NCBI GenBank assembly: GCA_937881855.1
Contig: CALGEL010000059.1
Location: 57,032-121,031 of the forward strand
Direction: 5' to 3'
DNA length: 64,000 nt
Origin: an uncultured Clostridia bacterium
GTDB taxonomy: Bacteria; Bacillota; Clostridia; Oscillospirales; QAKW01
This document shows, piece after piece, positions 1 through 7,001 of the stretch. The notes under the pieces were generated by a model. The model saw nothing but the letters and a program-made list of their open reading frames with translations, made no database searches and was not told the DNA's origin. How positions within the stretch are numbered: position 1 is the stretch's first letter; each line of letters starts with the position of its first letter. The position numbers and the translations under genes are program-made.

Positions 1-815
1 GAGGCGAGATCAAAGAGAAAACTGATGCTTTGAAGAAAAATGGTGTCCACCCCGGTTTGGCGGTTATTATTGTCGGTACCGACGCGGCATCTCAGGTTTA
101 CGTTCGCAATAAAATTAAAGCCTGCGCCGAAGTGGGATTTTATTCTGAAAATTATGAATTGCCCGAAAATACGACCGAAGATGAATTGTTGGCTTTAATT
201 GAACGACTGAATCAAGAACCAAAAATCCATGGGATTTTGGTGCAGTTGCCTTTGCCCAAGCATTTAGATGAAAAAAAGGTGATTGCGGCAATTCATCCCC
301 ATAAAGATGTGGACGCATTCCACGTCTCTAATGTGGGCAATATTATGCTTGGTGAATACACGTTTTTACCTTGCACCCCTGCCGGTGTAATGAAACTGTT
401 GGAATATAGCGATATTGAAGTGGCGGGGAAGGATTGCGTTGTGATCGGGCGGAGCAACATTGTCGGTAAGCCACAAGCGATGCTGATGCTTCATTCCAAT
501 GCGACGGTGCAGATTTGCCATTCTAAGACCAAAGATTTGGCGAAAAAAACTGCGGCAGCGGATATCTTGATTGTCGCAATCGGAAAAGCAAAGTTTGTAA
601 CTGCGGATATGATCAAAGAGGGTGCGGTTGTTATTGACGTCGGTATGAATCGGGATGAAAACGGCAAGCTTTGCGGCGATGTGGATTTTGACTCTTGCTT
701 TGATAAAGCGTCGTATATCACTCCTGTTCCCGGCGGAGTGGGACCGATGACGATTACGATGCTGATGCAAAATACGCTTTCCGCTGCGGAAAAATTCGGC
801 AAAAATAAGGAATGA
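1..815 (+). CDS. folD: bifunctional methylenetetrahydrofolate dehydrogenase/cyclohydrolase FolD, 5'-truncated by the window edge
   Basis: The frame is open from nt 3 ([25 protein letters not shown]), so the TTG at 30 is not the true start. FolD strings: [47 protein letters not shown]. Confidence 0.95.
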   Translation, partial: GEIKEKTDALKKNGVHPGLAVIIVGTDAASQVYVRNKIKACAEVGFYSENYELPENTTEDELLALIERLNQEPKIHGILVQLPLPKHLDEKKVIAAIHPHKDVDAFHVSNVGNIMLGEYTFLPCTPAGVMKLLEYSDIEVAGKDCVVIGRSNIVGKPQAMLMLHSNATVQICHSKTKDLAKKTAAADILIVAIGKAKFVTADMIKEGAVVIDVGMNRDENGKLCGDVDFDSCFDKASYITPVPGGVGPMTITMLMQNTLSAAEKFGKNKE

Positions 816-819
816 GATT

Positions 820-1530
820 ATGATAGTATTTTTAAAAAATTTGATTAGTGCATGGCCATCCATTCTTATGGGAGCACTTATCCCGTGTCTTACGCTGGGT
901 GTGTTGTTTTTTTCTAAAAAACGAAAAACAACAGCATTTAAAGCTGTTTTATATGGAGCGGCTTCCTTCTTTGCGTCCCTTGCAATTGTTGCAGTTTTGA
1001 TCCTGACATTGGCACAGTTTTTTATGCCGGTAATTAGCGCTTCACAGGCATCAAGTGCAAACTCCTATATTTTCACATTTGGAATGATTGTTTTACTACT
1101 CTTTTATGGGTCTTCGGAAGCGTTAAAACAGTTTAGTTTTCGAAGTATTATCAAAAGTGAACAAAAAGAGTTCGCAGGGCTGACCTTTGGTTGTGGGTTT
1201 ATTCTTGCTCAAAATCTTTTGATTGTCGGCTTGATTTATGCAGGTGAAGTTGATACATTGCAAATGCTGGTTTTTGGCTTGTTGATGGTTATTTGCGGTG
1301 TGATCTATCTGCTGAACTCCAATCTGTGTTATTCTTTGTCGTGTGAAGGAAATTGGCAGACCGGAAGCGCCACGGCGATTTCTTATTATTTGATTTTGGC
1401 GATGATGTTGCTTTTCGCAAATGTCTATGTTGCATATATCACGATTGCCTTGGTTTTGGCATTTAATTTGGTCATTACTTTTTATATCCGTTCTCAACGG
1501 ATAAATAAGGGGGAAGAGAAAAATGCGTGA
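820..1530 (+). CDS. multi-pass integral membrane protein, function unknown (tandem paralog 1)
   Basis: The 236-aa ORF is almost entirely hydrophobic helices. It has an FFSKKRK motif after TM1, and its 3' end overlaps the next ORF's start by 8 nt. Confidence 0.6.
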   Translation: MIVFLKNLISAWPSILMGALIPCLTLGVLFFSKKRKTTAFKAVLYGAASFFASLAIVAVLILTLAQFFMPVISASQASSANSYIFTFGMIVLLLFYGSSEALKQFSFRSIIKSEQKEFAGLTFGCGFILAQNLLIVGLIYAGEVDTLQMLVFGLLMVICGVIYLLNSNLCYSLSCEGNWQTGSATAISYYLILAMMLLFANVYVAYITIALVLAFNLVITFYIRSQRINKGEEKNA

Positions 1531-2314
1531 TGTGTTGGTGTTTTACCTTCTTTCGGTTGTTCTTTTTGCGATCGGTGGTGCAGCACTTTCTTTGTTTTTT
1601 AAAAAACGCAATATTAAACCCCGCTTGACCTTTGTCTTTTTGGGGATTCTTTTTGCGGTTGTATACTTTGTCGTTTTATTTGTTTTATTTTTTAGTACAT
1701 TTAATGTAAACAGCGACCAATATTTCTATACCAAGACATATTTGATCGGAATTGGACTCGCATATGTTTTTATTTTGTCGATTGTTCGCTGTCTGCTTAT
1801 GAAAGCGGTGTTTTTCAACAAAGAATATAATGAGCAGGGGTTGTCCTTTGCCTTTGGATTTGGGCTGGCACCCGCGCTGTTTATTGCGATCTATCTGTTG
1901 CTCTTTTTCTTTGTCATTGCATATAACGGGATGTTTAACGGACCTGCCACTTGGAATTCGGAAGGCTATTTAATTTTTGCAGATAATACCATTATCAATC
2001 TGCTTCTTCCCAAAGCATCGGGCGTCCTTTATGCAATGGTGGCATTGGTCTTTTACGGAGCATTTGCATTGATTGAAGCATGGTTTTATAAGAAGATCTG
2101 CGAAAAGAATTATAAATGGTTCTACATCTTCTTGTTTCCGATCGGATTTGCATTGCTTGAAACAGCAATGATTTTACCTATTCCGTATACGAATATGAAT
2201 TCTTATTGGCAACTTAGTATTATTGCCGCAGTAGTTGTCGGCTTGTCAATAGTACTTGTTAATCTTCTCCCGAAAGAGAAGGTTCTGCCGGAATATACGA
2301 AGCAATTCGAATAG
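1523..2314 (+). CDS. multi-pass integral membrane protein, function unknown (tandem paralog 2)
   Basis: The 263-aa hydrophobic ORF has an FFKKRN motif after TM1, mirroring the upstream ORF. Its ATG overlaps the upstream stop (translational coupling). Confidence 0.6.
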   Translation: MRDVLVFYLLSVVLFAIGGAALSLFFKKRNIKPRLTFVFLGILFAVVYFVVLFVLFFSTFNVNSDQYFYTKTYLIGIGLAYVFILSIVRCLLMKAVFFNKEYNEQGLSFAFGFGLAPALFIAIYLLLFFFVIAYNGMFNGPATWNSEGYLIFADNTIINLLLPKASGVLYAMVALVFYGAFALIEAWFYKKICEKNYKWFYIFLFPIGFALLETAMILPIPYTNMNSYWQLSIIAAVVVGLSIVLVNLLPKEKVLPEYTKQFE

Positions 2315-2891
2315 CCGCGGGAAGCTCGGCCTTAAATTTTATGCCGAGATGGGTCAATTCTATTTCATCCATTGGGACTTCCAACAGATCGTTTAATCCG
2401 GTATATTCCTCGATATATTCTGTGGCGATACCGGCGGGAATGGTGTAGCCGGAAAAACTAATCGTGTCGGATATGAACTTTCCGTATCCCGCCTCATTTT
2501 CACCCAGATGCCCATGAATGGATATTCTTTGGTTTTTGAGTGTGTTTAATATGGAGGAGAGCGGAGAGAGTTCGGGGCAGAGCGTGGCCAATCGCGTCGG
2601 CTCACATAATACTCCGCTGATTGTAAAACGTCCCTCATTTGACCCTTCAAATGTCATTTCGTTGATGAACCCTAATTCAGAAAGGTTGGCTTCCATTAGC
2701 TGTGCAAAGGCTTCGTTTGTATAGAAGCCGGATTGTACATTTAACGGTTCTTGTACATTCAATTCGGGTTCTTCGGGGTTGATATTTTTGGGTGATAAGA
2801 ATAACGCGGCTATGATACCGAGTCCCAATAAGACAAATGTTAATAAGAATGAACCCCATTTAATTTTAAAATAATTCGATGTGTTTTTCAT
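2259..2891 (-). CDS. hypothetical N-terminally membrane-anchored protein
   Basis: The 210-aa ORF has a single N-terminal TM (WGSFLLTFVLLGLGIIAALFL) followed by a non-repetitive soluble domain. GAAAGG lies 9 nt upstream of the ATG. The 3' end overlaps the convergent ORF by 56 nt. Confidence 0.5.
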   Translation of the reverse strand: MKNTSNYFKIKWGSFLLTFVLLGLGIIAALFLSPKNINPEEPELNVQEPLNVQSGFYTNEAFAQLMEANLSELGFINEMTFEGSNEGRFTISGVLCEPTRLATLCPELSPLSSILNTLKNQRISIHGHLGENEAGYGKFISDTISFSGYTIPAGIATEYIEEYTGLNDLLEVPMDEIELTHLGIKFKAELPAAIRIASYIPAEPSLSGED

Positions 2892-2926
2892 AGTTAAGCC
2901 TTTCGTAATTTATGGAGGATGTAAAA

Positions 2927-3883
2927 ATGAGAAGTAAAAGCATTATAGCAATCGTGATTGCGATTTTGTGTGTTGTTGTCCTTACATCCGGATTGGTTTG
3001 GAGTTTTTTGGATGATAAAACCACTCCGCAAGAGGATCATAGCACGCAAATAGATCAATCGAATGATTCAACGGATAATGAAGAACCTAAAACGGATCTT
3101 GAGCCGGAACCGGCTCCTGAACCCGATCCTGAACCGGAACCGGATCCCGAACCCGATCCTGAGCCGGAACCGGATCCTGAGCCTGAGCCTGAGCCGGATC
3201 CTGAACCGATTGAAATTGATGATGCAGAAGTCTATAATGGGAATGCCAATGTTGCAACCTTGACCAAGGATGAAGCAACAGCGATCTTAAATAATAAATT
3301 TATGGTGTTGGTCAATCGAGATCATAGACTGCCCGATGATTACAAAGGAATTGATTTGGTTTCGCAGGGTGATCATCGATTGAATGAAGTGACATTATCG
3401 GCATTGAATCGCATTATTGCGGACGGTAAAGATGCGGGCTACAATTATGTTTTGTACTCCGGATATCGAAGTTATTCACATCAGTATAATAATTATTACA
3501 ATAAGATTAATTACTATAAAAACAGTGGATATTCAGAGGAGGAAGCCGTTCGGTTGACTAATCAATACCACGCACCGCCGGGTGCCAGCGAGCATCATAC
3601 AGGATTGGCGGCGGATGTATGTATACCGTCTATTGTTAATAAGTATGCTTGCTTACACGAAAACTATGAGTATACCGAAGAATACAAATGGTTTTCAGCA
3701 AATGCACATAAATATGGATTTATTCTGAGATACAGAAAAGGTGATGAAGATATCACAGGATATAACTTTGAACCTTGGCATTATCGTTTTGTTGGTGTTG
3801 ATATTGCTACAGAAATTTACAAAAGGGACATCACTTTAGAAGAATATGTCGAGGAACTTGAAAATCGTTTGAAACAATTTTAA
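2927..3883 (+). CDS. D-alanyl-D-alanine carboxypeptidase, VanY/peptidase M15B family, with signal-anchor and (E/D)P spacer
   Basis: VanY motifs: YRSYSHQ, SEHHTGLAADV, EPWHYRF. I prefer the second ATG (2927) because GGAGGA at 2914-2919 sits 7 nt upstream; the ORF-track start is 2912. Confidence 0.85.
   Translation: MRSKSIIAIVIAILCVVVLTSGLVWSFLDDKTTPQEDHSTQIDQSNDSTDNEEPKTDLEPEPAPEPDPEPEPDPEPDPEPEPDPEPEPEPDPEPIEIDDAEVYNGNANVATLTKDEATAILNNKFMVLVNRDHRLPDDYKGIDLVSQGDHRLNEVTLSALNRIIADGKDAGYNYVLYSGYRSYSHQYNNYYNKINYYKNSGYSEEEAVRLTNQYHAPPGASEHHTGLAADVCIPSIVNKYACLHENYEYTEEYKWFSANAHKYGFILRYRKGDEDITGYNFEPWHYRFVGVDIATEIYKRDITLEEYVEELENRLKQF
3101..3208 (+). repeat. in-frame dipeptide repeat encoding (E/D/A)P x18 (EPEPAPEPDPEPEPDPEPDPEPEPDPEPEPEPDPEP)
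   Basis: Degenerate 6-nt periodicity (gagccg/gaaccg/gatcct) is read directly from the DNA. The out-of-frame ORFs 3063..3263(+) and 3087..3278(-) are by-products. Confidence 0.9.
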
Positions 3884-3890
3884 GAAAAAA

Positions 3891-3919
3891 GACCGTTGCG
3901 GAAACGCAACGGTCTTTTT
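3891..3919 (+). terminator. rho-independent terminator
   Basis: The stem gaccgttgcg pairs with cgcaacggtc across a gaaa loop and is followed by TTTTT. Confidence 0.85.
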
Positions 3920-3968
3920 GCATATTATTTAAGTTTTCATTTAAAATAATGTGTGAGGTGAAAAGGTT

Positions 3969-4652
3969 GTGTTAATTAGCGTTTTTCGGTGTGTGGTTTT
4001 ATATATCGCTGTTGTGGTATCGGTGCGGATTATGGGAAAACGACAGCTTGGCGAACTGCAACCATCCGAGCTTGTGGTCACCATTATGCTTTCGGAATTT
4101 GCTGCATTGCCGCTTCAAGATCTTAATATACCCTTAATTTGGGGCATTGTGCCGATGTTTTTGATGGTTGCATTAGAACTATTGATGTCCTTTTTTACAA
4201 TGAAATCTATGCGATTTCGTGCGCTGTGTTATGGAAGGCCGGTAATATTGATTTATCAGGGAAAATTGGATCAATATAATTTGCTTCGTACACGGGTGTC
4301 TGTCGAAGATATTATGGAGGCGATGCGTAATAATGGGATTTTGGCGATCGAAGACATTCAAATGGCTGTTTTAGAAACAAACGGAACACTTTCAATTATT
4401 CCTAAACCCGAAAAGGCGCCCCCAACAGCAAATGATTTAAAAGTCTCAGTTTCTAAATCGGGCGGGATTCCTGCGATCATTGTTATGGATGGAAAACCGA
4501 TGTGGGAAAATATGAAACTTAAAAATGTGGACAGAGAGACCTTCTTTTCAATTTTGAATGGGTATCAAATAAAAACGGAAGATGTCTTTGTTCTGACGAT
4601 CGATGACCAAGGTAAAACAAATTTAATAAAAAGAGAACTGAAAAAAGGTTAA
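3969..4652 (+). CDS. DUF421 (YetF-family) membrane protein
   Basis: The GTG start is followed by RIMGKRQLGELQPSELVVTIMLSE, a typical YetF/YdfS-type N-terminus, then TM helices and a soluble C-terminal domain. Confidence 0.75.
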   Translation: MLISVFRCVVLYIAVVVSVRIMGKRQLGELQPSELVVTIMLSEFAALPLQDLNIPLIWGIVPMFLMVALELLMSFFTMKSMRFRALCYGRPVILIYQGKLDQYNLLRTRVSVEDIMEAMRNNGILAIEDIQMAVLETNGTLSIIPKPEKAPPTANDLKVSVSKSGGIPAIIVMDGKPMWENMKLKNVDRETFFSILNGYQIKTEDVFVLTIDDQGKTNLIKRELKKG

Positions 4653-4654
4653 AA

Positions 4655-5044
4655 ATGAAAAGAACATTTATATCATTGGCGGTGATCCTTTCCTTTCTTT
4701 TGCTTATCATTGGTACCGATTTGGTTTTTATGACTACTTTTGCTGATGGGATGACCAATCGATTGGGATTGATAATTGAGACAGAAAACATAGACTTACA
4801 AAAACAACGGGCAAAAGAATTGGATAGTTTCTTTCGGAAAAAAGAATTTTTAGCACACCGTTTTATTCCAACGGACAAAATCGAAGAAATTGAAACGATG
4901 ATGCACAAATTGAATGCCTATATCAATGAAGAAGATAAAAACGAAATTGAGGCAACTGCGACCGAGATCCAGGCGCGGGTCAATTTGTTGTATTCAACGT
5001 ATATCTACCATTGGTACCAACCTTTTGAGTTTCGCATAGAATAG
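4655..5044 (+). CDS. small membrane-anchored helical protein, DUF4363-like
   Basis: The 129-aa ORF has an N-terminal TM and a helical acidic domain. It starts 2 nt after the DUF421 gene, and I recall this pairing being common in Clostridia. The family assignment is from memory of the architecture only. Confidence 0.5.
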   Translation: MKRTFISLAVILSFLLLIIGTDLVFMTTFADGMTNRLGLIIETENIDLQKQRAKELDSFFRKKEFLAHRFIPTDKIEEIETMMHKLNAYINEEDKNEIEATATEIQARVNLLYSTYIYHWYQPFEFRIE

Positions 5045-5068
5045 ATTGAAACAATCCGGCGGAGGTGA

Positions 5069-5227
5069 ATGATGAAGAAAAACCATTTTTGCAAAATGTT
5101 GTGTATTATTGCAGCTTCGATTGCTTTGGGGATTTTGATTCAAATCTTTTTGCCGGATATTTTAATCATTGCAATTTGCTGTATCTTGGTAATCATTATG
5201 GGGATAGCAGTTGCAAAATTTACATAA
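5069..5227 (+). CDS. 52-aa two-TM hydrophobic peptide (not in ORF track)
   Basis: Sequence: MMKKNHFCKMLCIIAASIALGILIQIFLPDILIIAICCILVIIMGIAVAKFT. GGAGGTGA at 5061-5068 lies directly upstream. It replaces the implausible 78-aa ORF 5065..5301 in another frame. Confidence 0.55.
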   Translation: MMKKNHFCKMLCIIAASIALGILIQIFLPDILIIAICCILVIIMGIAVAKFT

Positions 5228-5239
5228 GGAGTATTGTTT

Positions 5240-5314
5240 ATGAAAGTCATTGTTTTCAAGGCACCCAAGGGTCTGCGCGGAATATTGATGAAAGTATTTA
5301 AGGTTCATCGTTAA
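5240..5314 (+). CDS. spoVM: SpoVM-like 24-aa sporulation peptide (not in ORF track)
   Basis: MKVIVFKAPKGLRGILMKVFKVHR compares with B. subtilis SpoVM MKFYTIKLPKFLGGIVRAMLGSFRKD. Shared skeleton: MK-x4-K-x-PK-x-L-x-GI. AAGGAG at 5226-5231 sits 8 nt upstream of the ATG. Confidence 0.7.
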   Translation: MKVIVFKAPKGLRGILMKVFKVHR

Positions 5315-5376
5315 AATAAACATATCGGCTTGTTTTTTTGCATAGATAATATAAAAAAACAAAGGAGCCGTGGATT

Positions 5377-6894
5377 ATGGAATGTAAGCAAAGACCATCA
5401 ACCGTTGCAGTGACAAAGACATTGCACGAGGATTTTATCGAAGAAAAATGTGAATGTGATCTTTTGATACCGGATTATTTTTCGGCAGCGGAGAAAATTA
5501 TTCAATGCAGTGCAACTCCTGTGATTCTGAAGAAAGAACTTGAAGGGGATCATTTGCTGGTAGAGGGAATTTGCAAGTTCTTTGTCATTTATCAAGGTGA
5601 GGACGAAGCGGGAATCAAGGTTCTTTCTGAGTCGGTAAATTTTAGTGAAAGCATTGTTGTGAAGGATTCGACAAAGGATAGTTGGGTTCAAGCAATAACG
5701 CGTGTTTCCGGAGTTTCGTGCAGACTTTTAAATTCACGAAAGATCAATGCCCGCGCGTTTATCTCCATTGCGTTAAAGGTAAAAGATCAGAACTATACAG
5801 AAACCATTGAGGCAATGGATGATTGCCAAGTAGAGGCGTTGTTTTGCGAAAATAATGTTCATACAATATTAGAACATATTTCTGAAACAACGAAGGTTCA
5901 GGGCGAGATAGAGACACATACTGAAATTCAGGACATTTTGAGAACAGACGGCACCGTTTGTATCAAAGACATTAAAATGATGGGAAATAAAGCGATGATG
6001 AAGGGTGTTTTGAATATATATGTCCTTTTTACTCCCGAAGAGGATCCGTGCAGAGTCGAACAAACGTCCACAGCCATTCCGTATACGCAATTAATTGAAT
6101 TGAATGTATCGGACGATGAGGCGATGATGGAGGCGATTTGCTCCATTCAAAACATTCGAAACGATGTTGAGACCGATGCAGACGGAAAGAATAAGATCAT
6201 TTCCGTAGCAGCAACGTTGCTTACGGAAGGGGAGATATATGCCGAGAAAAAACATCGGTTTTTAACGGATGCATATTCGACCAAGTATCCGATGGAACCA
6301 AAGTATGGAGATATCACCTTTGAAACTATGGTTGAGCAGAGCGAATGTGTCGAAAGCGTTCGATTTGATACGAGCGTCGAGGAGAATGCTCAAATCATTC
6401 AAATGATTGGCTCGCCAATTATAAGAAAGGTAACAGCGCAAGGAAAAATGCTGACCTTAGAAGGGGTTTTGGATGTTTCTATGTTCCTGCGCGAAGGAGA
6501 TGCATACAGAAGCGTTGACAAGTCATTTCCCTTTACAGTCTCCAAGGAGCTGCATCGGATCGGAGAACATATGCGATGCGAGGTTTGCCCGTGTTTGCTT
6601 GGTTTAGATTTTACTACAAACGAAAAAAACACAGAAATTAAGGCGGATATTCAATGCCATTGTTCAATATTTATGAAAGAAAGCAATAATATAATCAAGG
6701 ATTTAGTTGTGGACTATGATCATCCGCTGGAAGTGAAGCCTTCTTCCAATGTTGTGGTTTATTTTGGGGAAAAGGGAGAGCGGATCTGGGATATTGCTCG
6801 CCATTATTCGACGTCGATGATGAATATTAAGGAAATCAACGGCCTGGATGAGGATGTACTTAATGAGAAAAAAACGTTATTGATTTCAAAATAA
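5377..6894 (+). CDS. DUF3794-type protein with C-terminal LysM domain (SipL/SpoVID-like spore coat morphogenetic protein)
   Basis: The 505-aa ORF has a C-terminal LysM-like segment (VVVYFGEKGERIWDIARHYSTSMMNIKEINGLDEDVLNEKKTLLI). Size and architecture match C. difficile SipL as I recall it. AAGGAG is upstream. Confidence 0.6.
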   Translation: MECKQRPSTVAVTKTLHEDFIEEKCECDLLIPDYFSAAEKIIQCSATPVILKKELEGDHLLVEGICKFFVIYQGEDEAGIKVLSESVNFSESIVVKDSTKDSWVQAITRVSGVSCRLLNSRKINARAFISIALKVKDQNYTETIEAMDDCQVEALFCENNVHTILEHISETTKVQGEIETHTEIQDILRTDGTVCIKDIKMMGNKAMMKGVLNIYVLFTPEEDPCRVEQTSTAIPYTQLIELNVSDDEAMMEAICSIQNIRNDVETDADGKNKIISVAATLLTEGEIYAEKKHRFLTDAYSTKYPMEPKYGDITFETMVEQSECVESVRFDTSVEENAQIIQMIGSPIIRKVTAQGKMLTLEGVLDVSMFLREGDAYRSVDKSFPFTVSKELHRIGEHMRCEVCPCLLGLDFTTNEKNTEIKADIQCHCSIFMKESNNIIKDLVVDYDHPLEVKPSSNVVVYFGEKGERIWDIARHYSTSMMNIKEINGLDEDVLNEKKTLLISK

Positions 6895-6906
6895 ATTTAA
6901 TCATAT

Positions 6907-6935
6907 AAAACGCGCTTTTTTAAGCGCGTTTTTTT
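6907..6935 (+). terminator. rho-independent terminator
   Basis: The stem aaaacgcgctt pairs with aagcgcgtttt across a tttt loop and is followed by a T-run. Confidence 0.85.
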
Positions 6936-6944
6936 ATATTATTA

Positions 6945-6973
6945 TTGCTATTTTTATAATATAGTGTTATAAT
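6945..6973 (+). promoter_or_regulatory. sigmaA-type promoter of the recJ operon
   Basis: TTGCTA, a 17-nt spacer, then TATAAT with an extended -10 TGt. Confidence 0.6.
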
Positions 6974-7001
6974 AAATAATTATTTATGAAAGGAGATCAG
7001 A

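Noticed and set aside
3063-3278. ORFs 3063..3263(+) and 3087..3278(-) overlapping the (E/D)P repeat.
   Set aside because: They are alternative-frame readings of a hexanucleotide repeat, which is open in several frames by construction. Only the VanY frame has flanking conserved domains.
5065-5301. A 78-aa ORF from the track (MNDEEKPFLQNVVYYCSFDCFGDF...).
   Set aside because: It has a GTG start inside the SD of another frame and an odd Cys/Tyr/Phe-rich composition. The same DNA is better explained by two SD-preceded micro-ORFs (5069-5227 and 5240-5314).
5325-5345. The motif atcggcttgYtttttt recurring at 5325-5345 and in both arms of the 18-bp inverted repeat.
   Set aside because: Only a 9-mer plus a T-run is shared. 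A 9-mer match somewhere in 128 kb of two-strand sequence is close to the chance expectation.
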